This document shows positions 38,222 through 50,709 of a DNA stretch of 64,000 nt, piece after piece. The position numbers were made by a program, and so were the translations under genes. Position 1 is the first letter of the stretch, and each line of letters begins with the position of its first letter. The notes under the pieces are model-generated. The model was not told the origin of the DNA. It did not search any database and was given only the letters and a program-made list of their open reading frames with translations. This DNA comes from Nemertoderma westbladi (taxonomy: Eukaryota > Animalia > Xenacoelomorpha), in contig JAUCBJ010008942.1 of the NCBI GenBank assembly GCA_032718475.1, positions 1 to 64,000 of the forward strand, given 5' to 3'.

Positions 38222-39387
38222 AGACCTTTAGCAGTTTAACCTGCCAAAATTTATATGTCTTTTGGTTTATAAATAGACTTTAGAAAATGACAAATATTTA
38301 ATACCAATAAACACAACATTAGCCGAAGCCAGCCTAGTGCGCGTCCATTCACCCGCTGGATATACCCGGGAGACTGGATTCGGAGGGCTTAGATTGTTAT
38401 TGCAGTGTAAGCTTACTGTATTATTCGATTGATCGTTAATAAATAATTTCTGACCAATATTATTCACTTTCGGGAAATATTAACAGTTCCTTTAGGACGT
38501 GGCGCTCTATCTAGGTAAACAGAGATATGACTTATACTAAACACAACGGTTAGTCGGTAAGGCTTATGATTCACGTATGAGGCGCATTCTTTAGGAAATG
38601 GTTAGTTATCAGCAACAATCATGCACACTACCGGTACCACACAATACTGCACACTAATCTGCCGACCGTCAATGAATTTTATCATATATAAAGAGAACAG
38701 CAATTGACTCATGTAGTGCCTATCAAATAGCATTAAACTCACTACAAACCACAATAATATAAGTCGCAATCGCTATATGTAACCTGTCTCTCTAACCTGT
38801 AGTGTATCAAGAAAATTGGGAAATTTGGGTTATTTATCGATGTTCTCCAAGTAATAATATTCAACCAAACAACAGTAAAAACCATTAAGACGGTAGGTTA
38901 AGATATGATATGACAATGTACTGATAATGTAACAATGATATGATCTGCCGATAACAGTTATACGCTCTATAATCTAAGCCTACTAATGTTTCTTCTAAAG
39001 TCTGAAACGAATTGACTCCAGAGCCGGTGTTCTTGGCCTAGATAGAAACAACAAAACAGTATCAAGAAAAACAGTAAGACTGAACACTCCTATCACGATC
39101 TGTAGAATATCTCCACATCGACAATAAAAATTGCCCTGATTGGCTGTTAAGCTAAACAAAGAACCATGTGTCCAACGGCCGTTTCCATGCCAGCAACCAG
39201 CTGTTAGATGTCGTAATCTGAATCATCAAGGCTACACTGTGCTAGAGGATTTGACGCATTGCGGGTTTTGTGCCTTGCCATGTCCGCCAAAGCACACATA
39301 TAGAAGAATGACTTTTATGTCCGTTAAAACACCTACAACGGTACTTTGCGGGCAAGGGGACTGATTATATCCGCAAAAGCTTTTACA
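38207..39387 (-). repeat. 3' LTR of A
   Basis: TG...CA termini. Direct repeat of 52749-53929. Confidence 0.95.
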
Positions 39388-39464
39388 CCGCTCCCAGAAA
39401 ATGGGATTCAAGTCTATAAATATACAAAATCACAGTTTCTAATATACGTAAATACTCTAAACAG

Positions 39465-40901
39465 TTAGTCTTTCATGCGCGGACGGCGTTTACGCAGTTT
39501 TTTAAAGCTGGCCAGAGTCTTTTTCTCTTTGGGGCGAGCCACTTTACAAGGAGGGCTATAACTCCTAGGTGAAGGGTGCAATATGATTGCATCAGAGGGT
39601 GTAGGATTATGGTCGGTGTATCCGCCAGTCGAAGTGCCGGGTTGATTGACATCAATGTCGGGGGAGAGGGATCTAACGGCCTTGAGAGCGCGTTTTAGGA
39701 CAGCCGCTCTTACGGGTCCTTTACGAGTGGTCTGAACGAGAGCCGTGGGTGGACCATAGGCAGTCAGAAACTTCCTGGGTTTAATGGTTCTTTCCAACTC
39801 GCGTTCGCGGGCTCGGTATTCGTAAGGCCGTCGATATACTTCCTGTAACTCGGGGTGTGAGTTAACAAATAAGTCTCCATAGTCCGGATCCTGACGGATA
39901 AAATTGATTAGGTTATATGAATGAAGGTCGCTAGGATTAACACTCCTGAGAAATTTGCGTACGAACTTGGTTGAAATACATTCTCCGACGCGCTTCAGTA
40001 GTTCGTAACTCGATATGCGTGATTTCTGTTCGACAGAAGCGAATAGATAAGGATGGAACGCATAAACACCTTCGTAAGCGCGTCCAGGATAATAACGATG
40101 GCGCAAATCACAATGTAAATCAGCGTTCGCTTCCCAAGCTCTGATGTAACGTAGTGTGATCATTTCATCTACGCTTTCCAAATCGTGATTGGCGTGTCCC
40201 TTTAGTTGACAATGGTGACATTGAGTCATAAATTGAGGGCAAACCGCAAAAATATGCAAATTATTGAGTCTGCAATATGCGCAATAAATTTCCATCGTCG
40301 GTTGTTCTTGGAAATAGGAACAGCGGACGTTTGTGTCCTTCAGTTTGTTGGTTGGGTCTAGGGCATTCGTCACAATAACACCAAAGACGTACGTCCTGTA
40401 GAGGAAACGCGGGTGATCGTTCTCCAGTTTCGCAATATTCTTCCATTTGTTCAAAACTATCCGGGATAACAGGTAGTGGACGATCGGCGGTAAGATACAT
40501 CATAGTGAAATAGAGCTGTTTGAGTTCTACCATGGGGTCATGATGTATACCTTGAGGATATAGAGTCTCGAGGTTCTGCTGACTGGCGATGTTGAGATAG
40601 GTTTCTCCCAAAATTCCAGGTAGTCGTTGAAGTCGATGCGTTTATCCGGTTCTTCAACGTTTTCTCTTTCCAGTCTGTTACGAATAGAATTTTCGTGTTC
40701 TATTCTAGGTTTTTCGTTACGACTCCGCTGGGTATGATATTTAAATAGAACCATTTCCCTTTCGGTGTCTACATCGTCCATATCATGTAAATCGATAGGA
40801 TGGCCGGTAGTTAAGAAGTCCATATATGTACCATTACGATGCGTATAGCGAGCGGTGAATTTTCGATAGTCCAATTCACGCGTAAGTTGCTCTTGGGACA
40901 T
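39465..40901 (-). CDS. Accessory 3' ORF of A (Cys/His-rich, basic C-terminus), broken into three overlapping frames
   Basis: ORFs 40527-40901, 40261-40611 and 39465-40454. CDECPRPNQQTEGH, CAYCRLNNLHIFAVCP, CHHCQLKGH. No TM segment typical of env seen. Confidence 0.6.
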
Positions 40902-42665
40902 CGGCGGTTCGATTTAACGACCATCGTCCTCCGTAATGGTTGGATCGGCTTCACCGCGTATCAAGCTATCCACAAATGCTTGCAAAGGTAGAGTATATCG
41001 CTCCCTGATACCAAGATCATCTTCTATCAACTCCGTCATATCTGCTATTTGGGTTTATTAATATTATAAGGAGTTTATGTTTAGGCGAGCGGGCGTCGCT
41101 GCCTACCTTTCTTTGCCCCCGGACAGTGGGATTCTCAGCGCCGATGTACCGTCGTCGCGGTGTTTACGCCAACCTGTAGCAACAGCACGACAACGATAAC
41201 CGGCACAAGTCACTCCACTGTCCGTCCCAAAGGCTTGGATCCACTTTAGGTTCTTTCTATAGGAGAGTTGGGTTACTTTCACAATTGCGACTAGCTACTG
41301 TAAACATACTTTAGCAGTAACATTCACCTATAAACGCATAAATTCCACACAACTGTCACCAATTGTACACATACAGGCCATTTGTCCGTTAGTCAGTGCC
41401 TTCCAGAATGTCATGTTATTACTGTGTATCCTTGGATACTAACAGTGTGCTATGTATTCTCTATGCTATGCAATGGGACAAGCTTTCTATTGTTCTTTTA
41501 ACTTGCTTCTAATTCTAGCGTGGGTGTTGCTATGGTGACATTATGGAAATCTAGCGGTAGAATTAGGATAATTCTCATGCATACAGATCTGGAATGCTAT
41601 TTAATAGTAATTCTTTAATTGTCAATATCCTCTCTATGTATGATTTTATTAATTTTTATCGGCTATTGACTATATGTTGGAGATTCTCGCACTCTAATAC
41701 GCTCAATAGGATGAATAATCTCCGCTCCCATGATCTATTAATTAATGGAATTTTGGGAATGTTATAAATTGCACAAAATGACAATTTATGAAATTCATTT
41801 AAGATATGAATTTAAATTTATTCCCGTGAATTTTATTATTTGATGGTAAAATTGACACAATTTATTCCAGAGCATGTCTGGGGACCTAGGATCCTTAATT
41901 CTATAAAATTATCTTTTAAGAGTATCGGTAAGTGCTGCGATATCTTAATTGACTAGAAATTTTAACGGATCTATATTTTACAGATTTTAATAAATATTAA
42001 ATTAATATTTAAGATGGGCACCGATTTATTCCAGAACTTGTCTGGGGACGTTAACCACTGATTCTAGAATTTGTCTTTCAAGTATATCGGTGGGTGCCGC
42101 GATATCTTAATCGACTAGAATTACAGATGGTCAAAAGGTTTAACAGATTTATTTGCATTTTACGCTACTGTTATAGGGACATCACACTACTATATGTATT
42201 ATTTAATATAAGGTAGAAGAGCAATATCGCACGAAGCAATGTCAGTGTGAAGAGGCAAGTCGTTTTCAAGGTCTACCCAGAGCTTGGTTTAGCCGAGACA
42301 CGAGGATCTGAACTTTGCATTCCTAATACTCTGCCTACCAATAATACTTGAATATAGTAGTGGCTTTATTGTACTTTAATAAGTACGGATATTTCATCTT
42401 ACTGTAGTCTCGTGTTTATAATATAATACGGACAGTAAGGAAAGAGAAAAAGAATTATTTCTCGCCGTCACACTAAATATATATTATATATGTAATTACG
42501 TAATAAACACTAATATATTGCACTAATCTACCAAATAATCTAAAATAACATTCTACTAAATAAAATTAAATAAAACGATTGTAATAAAGTACATAATAAC
42601 GTTCACATATAAAAATATAATAAAAATAGATAGAATAATATAGTCATGCACCCACTCCAGACGTA

Positions 42666-45338
42666 TCACGTTGGGGAGTCCCTAGATGTTTGAGGAATTA
42701 GGGAGGTGGTCGTGGGAAGAGTGTCTGGCCTTCCATAGTTTCCGGAGAGTTCTCTGTCTCTTTCCAGTAAACATAAACGACCAACTGGGCGGTTGAGTTG
42801 TTGCATCTCAAAGATTATGCCTGGCTTCTTGAAGTTACGCCGCATGACGACGAGTTCTACCGAGCGTACTAAACCATCATCCGAGATGTGAGTCTCGATG
42901 ATACGACCTGTCTGCCACCGTTTACGTGGAAGGTCTGAATCTACAATAAGCACCATATCTCCGGCGCTGACGTTTTCTTGCTGCGCAAACCACTTAGTTC
43001 GAAGTTGTAGCGTGGGCAGATAATGTTTCTCGAAATGGTCAGCGAAACGACGGGATAGCAACTGCATAAGTTGCCAAGTTCGACGGCAGTATTCGTCTCC
43101 GTCGGCAATCTCCGATCGTGGGAGCATGGCTACAGGTTTCTTCAGTAGGAAGTGCGCGGGTGTTAGCGCTTCCAGGGAATCGGGACTCGATGAGACTGGC
43201 ATAAGCGGTCTCTCGTTGAGATAGGCAGCTATTTCCTCCATTAACGTCCGCAAAAGTTCGTCGGTGAGATACGCGCGGCATGGCACTATAAAGTGAAATG
43301 CGGTCTTGACACTCCTAATTAATCTCTCCCAACTTCCTCCCCACCAAGGGGCGTCGGAGGCGTTGAAGGTCCAGCTAGACGCTGTTATCCTTAGCTGATC
43401 GTCCACCTGTCTTTGGTTCCAGTCCTTCACGTAAGCCTGGATTTCGTTGTTGGCACCAATGAAGTTCGTTCCCTTATCCGATCTCATGGTATTACTAGTC
43501 CCAAAGCGAGCGATCTGTCGGCGTAAACTTAATACGAAGCTGTTGGTAGATAGATCGTTCACCATATCGAGATGGATGGCTCTACAAGTCATGCATACGA
43601 AGATGACACACCATCTCTTGATTATAGTCCTAGCACGATATACTTCAATAGGGCCAAATAAATCTACACCAGTATTAGTAAAGGGTGGTTCATAGAAGCT
43701 TACTCGTTCCCTAGGTAATTCTGCCTCTCGCTGTGTTAAAGGCCTACTGAATGCTTTCCTACAGGGTATGCAGTTCCTAAGAACTTGGTTCAGAGCTCTA
43801 CGGGGTTTATCAAAATAATAGCGAGTTCGAATTTCGCTAAGAACTCGTTCTCTACCAGCATGATAAAGTTTACTGTGAACATCTACAATCATCTTGATTT
43901 GTACTTCAAGATTTCTAATGAGTATGGGGAATTTAGTGTCAAAGGATAATGGCGTATTGGTGAGCCTTCCTCCAACACGTATTAACCCATCTATCATTGT
44001 GCTAGAGAAGCGATCCCTTAAGCGCATCTGCGGATTCCTTAACAACAGGAAATACTTATCGGAATCCTCATAGCATTGCAGGAGTCTCAGTATCTGCTTA
44101 TTGGTTTCTTCATGCTCCTGGTAACTAATTTTCTCCTTTAGAAATCGGTCGGATGTCTTATATTTGGGTAAATTTTTAATAACATGAACTTGCGCAGATG
44201 TCAATGGAGCGGTATCACTAATGGTCTTTGTCCTGGAGTAGTGATGATGAAAACATCGCCTTAAATATGTGACGGCTTTACAGAGCCGATTCCAGGAACT
44301 GTAGTGATGCATTGCTCTCTGCAGCATGGGTGAGAATCCTTGCGAGACATCTGGTATTCCAGATTTCCAATCTCTATCTCTAATTTCCACAACAGACTTA
44401 TTTGTGGCGAGGGATTGTGGATCCGAAGCATCGTTTCCGGAAGTATGTAATACAGATAGATCGATAGTCGGTTTAAATAACTTCGATTTACTCGCCCGGG
44501 TTTTAGGTTTGACTTTCTCCGCTCCCTTGGCTTGTCTAATCTCCGCCGTAGTAAGGTGAGGAGGCCATTCATCCTCTTCCTTACTCAGGAAGTCGGGTCC
44601 ACCCAACCAGTCTGGAGTATCTATCAGTTCCTGTGGAGTTGCTCCCCTGGAGGCGATATCGGCTGGATTAATCGTACCAGGGCAATGTCTCCATTGATCT
44701 ATCTTTGTGCGACTAAGAATAATAGCTACCCTGTTAGTAACAAAAACGCTGAACTGACAGACTTCATTGGTTATATACTCCAACACGAGTAAAGCGTCGG
44801 TCCAATAAACAGTTTTCTCCAGTGGATAGTCGATTTGTTCTGTTACGTTCCGGCCGATGGCTGTAGCGTATAAAGCCGCCTTTAACTCCACTCGAGGAAC
44901 CTTTAACTTGTTGTTAATCAATGCCTTAGAGGTAACCAAGGCGACTTTGATTCCATCCGGAGTTTCGACTCGCAGATATGCTACTATACCTATTCCCATG
45001 TCGCTGGCGTCTCCAAACACATGGAGTTGATAGGAATACGTAGGGAGAACATGACCAAAATATGCACGGGAAATTACAAAGCTCTCGATGGCAGGTAGAG
45101 AATCTTCCCATTTCATCCATTTCTTTAACAGTTCTCCCTTAAGCGGATCGTCCCATGAGTGGTTTTCAAGCCACATTTGTTGTACTAAACTCCGAGCAAT
45201 CAATATAACTGGGCTAATAAATCCCAATGGGTCGAAATAAGTGCTCAGGATACTTAAACAAATCCGTTTGGTCCGAACTGGATTATCTCGCTGTTTTAGC
45301 TGAAAAAACAGGATATCTCTTTCGGTGTCCCACTTCAA
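42666..45338 (-). CDS. pol: BEL/Pao pol: RT C-terminus, RNase H (peptidase A17-type region) and integrase
   Basis: FDPLGF, LHVFGDAS, WTDA, NPADIASRG, HHCC (H..LYH...CIPC), GVDLFGP, SDKGTNF, WERLIRSVK. Confidence 0.93.
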   Translation of the reverse strand: MKWDTERDILFFQLKQRDNPVRTKRICLSILSTYFDPLGFISPVILIARSLVQQMWLENHSWDDPLKGELLKKWMKWEDSLPAIESFVISRAYFGHVLPTYSYQLHVFGDASDMGIGIVAYLRVETPDGIKVALVTSKALINNKLKVPRVELKAALYATAIGRNVTEQIDYPLEKTVYWTDALLVLEYITNEVCQFSVFVTNRVAIILSRTKIDQWRHCPGTINPADIASRGATPQELIDTPDWLGGPDFLSKEEDEWPPHLTTAEIRQAKGAEKVKPKTRASKSKLFKPTIDLSVLHTSGNDASDPQSLATNKSVVEIRDRDWKSGIPDVSQGFSPMLQRAMHHYSSWNRLCKAVTYLRRCFHHHYSRTKTISDTAPLTSAQVHVIKNLPKYKTSDRFLKEKISYQEHEETNKQILRLLQCYEDSDKYFLLLRNPQMRLRDRFSSTMIDGLIRVGGRLTNTPLSFDTKFPILIRNLEVQIKMIVDVHSKLYHAGRERVLSEIRTRYYFDKPRRALNQVLRNCIPCRKAFSRPLTQREAELPRERVSFYEPPFTNTGVDLFGPIEVYRARTIIKRWCVIFVCMTCRAIHLDMVNDLSTNSFVLSLRRQIARFGTSNTMRSDKGTNFIGANNEIQAYVKDWNQRQVDDQLRITASSWTFNASDAPWWGGSWERLIRSVKTAFHFIVPCRAYLTDELLRTLMEEIAAYLNERPLMPVSSSPDSLEALTPAHFLLKKPVAMLPRSEIADGDEYCRRTWQLMQLLSRRFADHFEKHYLPTLQLRTKWFAQQENVSAGDMVLIVDSDLPRKRWQTGRIIETHISDDGLVRSVELVVMRRNFKKPGIIFEMQQLNRPVGRLCLLERDRELSGNYGRPDTLPTTTSLIPQTSRDSPT

Positions 45339-45395
45339 GCCAAGCGTCTTGGTTTCTGGAAGATCGTCCTTTATTAAGTCTAGATCTTTCGTTCC

Positions 45396-46115
45396 TCAGT
45401 CTTCTACCGGTATCGCTTCCAGAAACTCACGGGAGTTGCTGGTGAATTTCGTCAGTCGAAATCCACCTCTTTTCAAACACTCTACCATTCCTTTCGCGAC
45501 ATCAATGGCTTCTTCTACTGATGGAAGGGATCTTAAATTATCGTCCATGTATATATTACGCTTGATGTTGTCTATCACCTCTTTTGAGAAGGCGTCTCGG
45601 TTGTCATTCGCAGTGGTCCGCACTTCCACTTTGGAAGGGCTTGATATGATCCCAAAAGCCTGGATGGTCATCCAGTACTCTACCGGTTTCTGGTTGAGAT
45701 CCCCTTCAGGCCACCACAGAAATCTCAGGCTGTCTCTATCTCTATCCAGCGCCTTGACTTGTAAGAACATTCCTTCTATATCGGAGGCGAACGCGATGGA
45801 ATATTGTCTTAATCTTAAAAGTATTCCCAACAAAGATTGGAGTAAGTTGGGTCCTGGTAACAACTCGGAATTGAGGGATTGGCCCATATATAGAGCGGAG
45901 CCATCAAATACGACTCGTACTTCATGGGGTTTACCGGGTTTGGGAACGTAATGATGTGTTAAGTAATACGTTCTCTCAGTCACTGGTGTTCCTTCCGGTA
46001 CTCGCTCCGCGTATCCCTTTGTAATAAATTTCTTCAACTGAGTTTGGTACATTTCTTTAGCTGAAGCATTAGCCGTAAGGCGTCGATGTAATTGAGCGAT
46101 TCTTTTCTCTGCCAA
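45396..46115 (-). CDS. pol: BEL/Pao reverse transcriptase core (frameshifted segment)
   Basis: RVVFDGS, SLNSELLPGP, SDIEGMFLQV, FG..SSP, YMDD. Confidence 0.9.
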   Translation of the reverse strand: MAEKRIAQLHRRLTANASAKEMYQTQLKKFITKGYAERVPEGTPVTERTYYLTHHYVPKPGKPHEVRVVFDGSALYMGQSLNSELLPGPNLLQSLLGILLRLRQYSIAFASDIEGMFLQVKALDRDRDSLRFLWWPEGDLNQKPVEYWMTIQAFGIISSPSKVEVRTTANDNRDAFSKEVIDNIKRNIYMDDNLRSLPSVEEAIDVAKGMVECLKRGGFRLTKFTSNSREFLEAIPVED

Positions 46116-47629
46116 GGATTTACAAATCTAGGTTCTCGTTTTCGAAATGGTAGGCCGATTTCATATCTACCTTGGTCCTTTAAAAAACGTGTAGTTGTTT
46201 CCTGGATTTGCTTGGCTCTTTCTTCTTCTATCGATAGGGCCTTATCGTATGAATTGGGCTCTACCAATTCTTGAGTAAAGAATCGTACGGCGAGTTCGTC
46301 CCGAGTTCTAGCGTTGTAGCGCTCTATCTCATCATTTAGTTCGTCATTGTAATCAATGGGTCCCGATGGGCGAATCAGTTGACATAGGTTCACCTGGTTT
46401 TTCCAAGTTTTGTTTTCTGTAAGTAGGTCGATTGTGTTCTCTTCATCGAAGAGTTGGTAGATGTTGTCATTATCTGAGGAGTATGGTGTTCCCTCAGTTA
46501 GTTCGTCCACCTCACTGCTCTCCACTTCCCAATCGTTTACTTGGTATATTCGTTCTTGTGGCATTCTCTCTTCGAGAGTTCTGCGGGAAGGGCCAGTAAA
46601 GTACCAACCTATTCTAGTTCTTACCGCATAGGTTTGCAGTGGCTGCGGTTGAGCAGGCCGTTTCTCCAATGTCTCGAGCGCCTCATGCGCGTTTTGGCCG
46701 ATGAGTATTTGCACTCCAGGATAATCTGTCTGGAATCGAGGTATCTTAAGCTGTTGGATGCTCTCATCCTCGTCCCAATTATAAAGGTCTGCTTGGGTAG
46801 TAGCGAAGTTCTTTATAGCCACCATTTTTACCGACCTTATACCTTGTGCTCCTAATTTATCCTGGGGGGTGGACAACACACCTACATAGTAATCTGCCGT
46901 TAGGGTAGATTTCCAAACCTGCATAATTCCTGACATATTCAATTTAGTCCGGAATTTGGGTTGTCCAGCAAAGATATCTTCGGCTAGTTCTTGATCGATG
47001 AATGTTCCTGTGCTGCCGGAGTCAAGGAGGGCGTTCACTATGTAACTTTTGTTAGGACCATGAACACATACCTGCACTACAGGAAATTCTCTGATTCCTA
47101 CGTTGGAAGTTGGAGCTTTCCAAGATGGTTGTCTGGCAAAAGTAGTTGGTGGGCGCTCATTGTCGGTGTCCTTTTCATAAGTAAGTGCTCGATACACCGC
47201 GGTATTGATTAGGTAACAGGATTCGTTGGCGTCGGAGAATTCGTCAGTATAGAATCCTTCCATCTCAGACTCTTGATCAGTGTCATTTACATCACTGAAT
47301 TGTACATGTAGTTCGGGCTCACTTACCTGACTCAGGTTGTCTCGTTCGAACTCACTGTGTAACAAGATGTGATGTTTCACACCACACTTTGCACACTTTA
47401 CGTCGGAGTAACAGGTTCGCCATTGGTGTCCTGATCTGAGGCAATTATAGCATAACCGCTTATCCCACATGACTTTATGTCTGTCTACCAGGGATTTCTT
47501 TAGGAATTCAGCACATGCACTCAAACGGTGGGGCCCGTCGCACAGCGCACAGTTTGGTTTGATGTTACTCACTTTACCTTGGGTAACGTTATGCACTCTC
47601 GTTCTTTCTTCGGGCTTTCTTCCGTGCAT
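46034..47629 (-). CDS. BEL/Pao gag zinc knuckles plus aspartic protease (segment)
   Basis: CALCDGPHRLSAC, CYNCLRSGHQWRTC, CAKCGVKHHILLH, ALLDSGSTGTFID. Confidence 0.9.
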   Translation of the reverse strand: MHGRKPEERTRVHNVTQGKVSNIKPNCALCDGPHRLSACAEFLKKSLVDRHKVMWDKRLCYNCLRSGHQWRTCYSDVKCAKCGVKHHILLHSEFERDNLSQVSEPELHVQFSDVNDTDQESEMEGFYTDEFSDANESCYLINTAVYRALTYEKDTDNERPPTTFARQPSWKAPTSNVGIREFPVVQVCVHGPNKSYIVNALLDSGSTGTFIDQELAEDIFAGQPKFRTKLNMSGIMQVWKSTLTADYYVGVLSTPQDKLGAQGIRSVKMVAIKNFATTQADLYNWDEDESIQQLKIPRFQTDYPGVQILIGQNAHEALETLEKRPAQPQPLQTYAVRTRIGWYFTGPSRRTLEERMPQERIYQVNDWEVESSEVDELTEGTPYSSDNDNIYQLFDEENTIDLLTENKTWKNQVNLCQLIRPSGPIDYNDELNDEIERYNARTRDELAVRFFTQELVEPNSYDKALSIEEERAKQIQETTTRFLKDQGRYEIGLPFRKREPRFVNPWQRKESLNYIDALRLMLQLKKCTKLS

Positions 47630-47700
47630 TCTGTTAGGAGACTGAGGAGGAGTCTTGGCAACCTGTTCTCTCCTATCGTTGGTTCGAGCCTTGTATTTAC

Positions 47701-50700
47701 TTACGCTTTTTGAGGTTTTGTTAACGTAGTAAAATCGGTCAGTGTCTTTCCCGCTGTCCTCTTCTTGAGAAGCTTGCTTTCGCCTTCGTCAGTGTAACAC
47801 ACTGGTGTTACTCTTCTCCTAGAAACGGGTTTCTCACTTACCTTATTTTCCGATGTTTTCTCTCTGGACTGCTTGATGAGTTGTAGTTTTACTTCACCAT
47901 CTAAGAAGGACATGAGATCAGCCATGGTAGGGCTTCGTCGTTGCTGCTCATTCATATACAACACTTTCTTGTCCCAGCGTGTACATACTCCACCCTTTGG
48001 TAAAGTAGAGACTACGGCTCCAATAACCATGGAACTCTGATATTCATGAGACTTACCTAACCAGTCCAATAGTCTACAGATCTCCTGAATCTCATCGGAA
48101 AACTCTATAATCCCGCTACTAAGGAAGTTTCGGGGGGCTACTAATTTTGCATACAAATACTTAGCTATGTTATCCTTGTTACCATACCTGGTGTTTAATG
48201 TATCCCAAACTTGTCTTAATCCATCTGGATGTCCAATAAACTTTAACGCCATTAACTTGGGAGGTCCTTCCAAGCACTTGATGAGGAATCTAAGTTTCTC
48301 TCCGTTAGATAGTACAGAGTTCTGTATGCATCTTTGTAATATTCATTGAAAGGTAACCATTTCATCTCATCTCCATTGAATTTGACGATCTCTCCCACTT
48401 TGACCGCTTGGCGGGCTTCTGTTCTAGCCATCTGACGCGTAAAGCTTTCTTGGGCCATCGTGTTATTTAATATCGAATTATCGGTATATGAATTTCTCGG
48501 ATTATTATCAGGTCTATAGGGAATATCATTAACAACAGGTTTATAATCACCCTTAATAGGGTTTGCTATAGGAGTTTCTACTTCACTAGCAGTATAGATG
48601 CGTGTAGGCTCCACACCTTGCGCATGTGATACTTCAGACCTAACAGGTTGACACAATGTTACTGGGGGTATTGGTATACCCTTTTGTATATTGACTAATT
48701 TGTCGCGTTCTAGCGCGATGCTTTGCTGCACTTCTTGCAATTCTAACCTACTTTCCCTTACTGTTCCCTTAAGTTGGTGGACAGTCTCCTGCATCTGTCC
48801 GAGCAGGAGATTCATCCCCCGCCGTCCCTCCTCTACCCACTCAACCGCCGAAGCGGGAGTCGCCAACATTGTAGCGGGCCGACGCAGGACGACGGGAGAC
48901 AAATCTTTGATTTCTCTCTCAGTGTCCAGGACAGGGATATTCGCATGGACTGTTCTACCGGGTACAGGCAGTGTGGTACTGTGTAGAGGGAATTTAGAGT
49001 TAAGCTCTGGAAGTACAGGGGTCTCTAGCACAGGAGTGGCTTTGGGAACGACAGGCCTAATTATTTCAGGCTCATCAACTATCATAGGGAGTCTTAATAA
49101 TTTGGTCTGTGGGTTCTGTACTACCTAAGTCTGTGCTAGCTAGTTGTCTTCTAACCGCTGGGGGCAAATCAGGCAATTTGTGACGGTGAGATGTTTTTCT
49201 ACGCCTGCTTAGACGAGATCTATTTCCTCCGCCTTCAGGATCAGTGGTCTCGCCTTCCTCCGATGATGTGTATCCTTGGCGTTTGGGAGTAGATCGACTC
49301 ATCATCTGCATTTGACTAGCAGTTAACTGTTTATTTATGCAGTCTTGCGTCTCTTGCAGATTTTCCAACTCCAGTTGGGTAGTCTCCTCAGACGCTCTTC
49401 GTTCTGCTTCTGCCACTGCCTTTGCCGCCTTTCTTTCCGCTTCTGCTTCTGCCATTGCCGCTGCTGCCTTTCTTTCCGCTGCCGCTTTTGCCGCTTCCGC
49501 TTCTGCCATTGCTGCTGCTACTGCTGCTGCCTTTCGGTCCTCTATCCGTTTTTTCTTTACTTGTTCTTCCTGGACTCTAGCGAGGCGGAGTTTTTCATCA
49601 AATTTAGCTTGGTTTGCAGCTAACCTTTCTGCATCGATTGAGTCCAACACAAGCTTGGCTCCTTCACTATTGGGGCGAAGTCCAGCCAGTCGTCTCCTCA
49701 ACTCTTCATCACCTAGGAAACGTTGATAGTCTGACAGATAGATGTCTATGGCGTCTCTCGTTCGCGGTCTCTTTGCGGTCACTTCGCTTTCCACTTGAGA
49801 AAAGGTGGCATCGGTTGATTCTTCATAGGTTGGTCTCTCAGCCAGCTGGGATTTCCACTGGGCCGTTTCTTGTACTTTGAGACCTACCCGCTGGAACCAA
49901 GTCTTGACAGCAACTTGCAGCGACGTGTCCTGTCTTCTTTTGGAAGTTTCCTCAAAGGCTGATAGGATTAGTCTAATGCGTAGGGTTCTTTCGCGTACTT
50001 GATATAGCAGCTCTTTCTGCTCTTGAGGTCCTTGGGGTTGTTGAAACAGTTGTTCTTCTAATCGCTCTAAGGAGCCGAAGAATCCCTGCACATATCCTGC
50101 TGCCGACCTCTTCCAAACAGCTGGATCCATCGTATCTTTAGTCACTCCCATCCTGTGTATGTCTTCCCAAGTAGCTTCGGACAAATCTAACGGGAGTCCG
50201 GGTCCGGGAAAGTTCCATTGTGACTCGACAATAGACATCAATTCTTCCCTGGCGTATCCCGCATAACTATCTTGGGTCGCTCGCTTACTTCTCGCCCAAT
50301 CGCCTTGGTGTTCCACCACCGCAATCAATATAGTAGTTAGTACTGCGGCAGGAAGGGTGAGAAGGGGATCCGAATAGGCTGTAGCCGCCATCTTCACTCC
50401 GCGTTCGGGGGTCAGCTCTACAGTATCCGAACTACTGGAGCTATCGGGTCGCTGGGAACGAGTTTCTTGACTAGGATGTTGCTGCTGTTGGACAGCTGCC
50501 TCTTGGTTCCGTTTGACCTGGGCCCGAGTGCCGATGATAGACCTACGGTGTTGGATTAGCCTAGGGTCTGATACTACTACTGGAGGGATGACCTTTCTTT
50601 CAGTAGGAGGTGAGCTGAACCCCTTTCTTAATCGCTCCACACTCCTGTCTGTGTCACAGATGGTTGTATCGATTAGACTGTCTGACAGGTTTTGCTTTGT

Positions 50701-50709
50701 GTCAGACAT
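47701..50709 (-). CDS. gag: BEL/Pao gag with long coiled-coil N-terminal extension (three frameshifted segments)
   Basis: ORFs 49075-50709, 48252-49085 and 47701-48273. KFNGDEMKWLPF and LNTRYG are BEL capsid-type motifs. Confidence 0.85.

Noticed and set aside
39465-40901. env gene
   Set aside because: No signal peptide or transmembrane helix visible.
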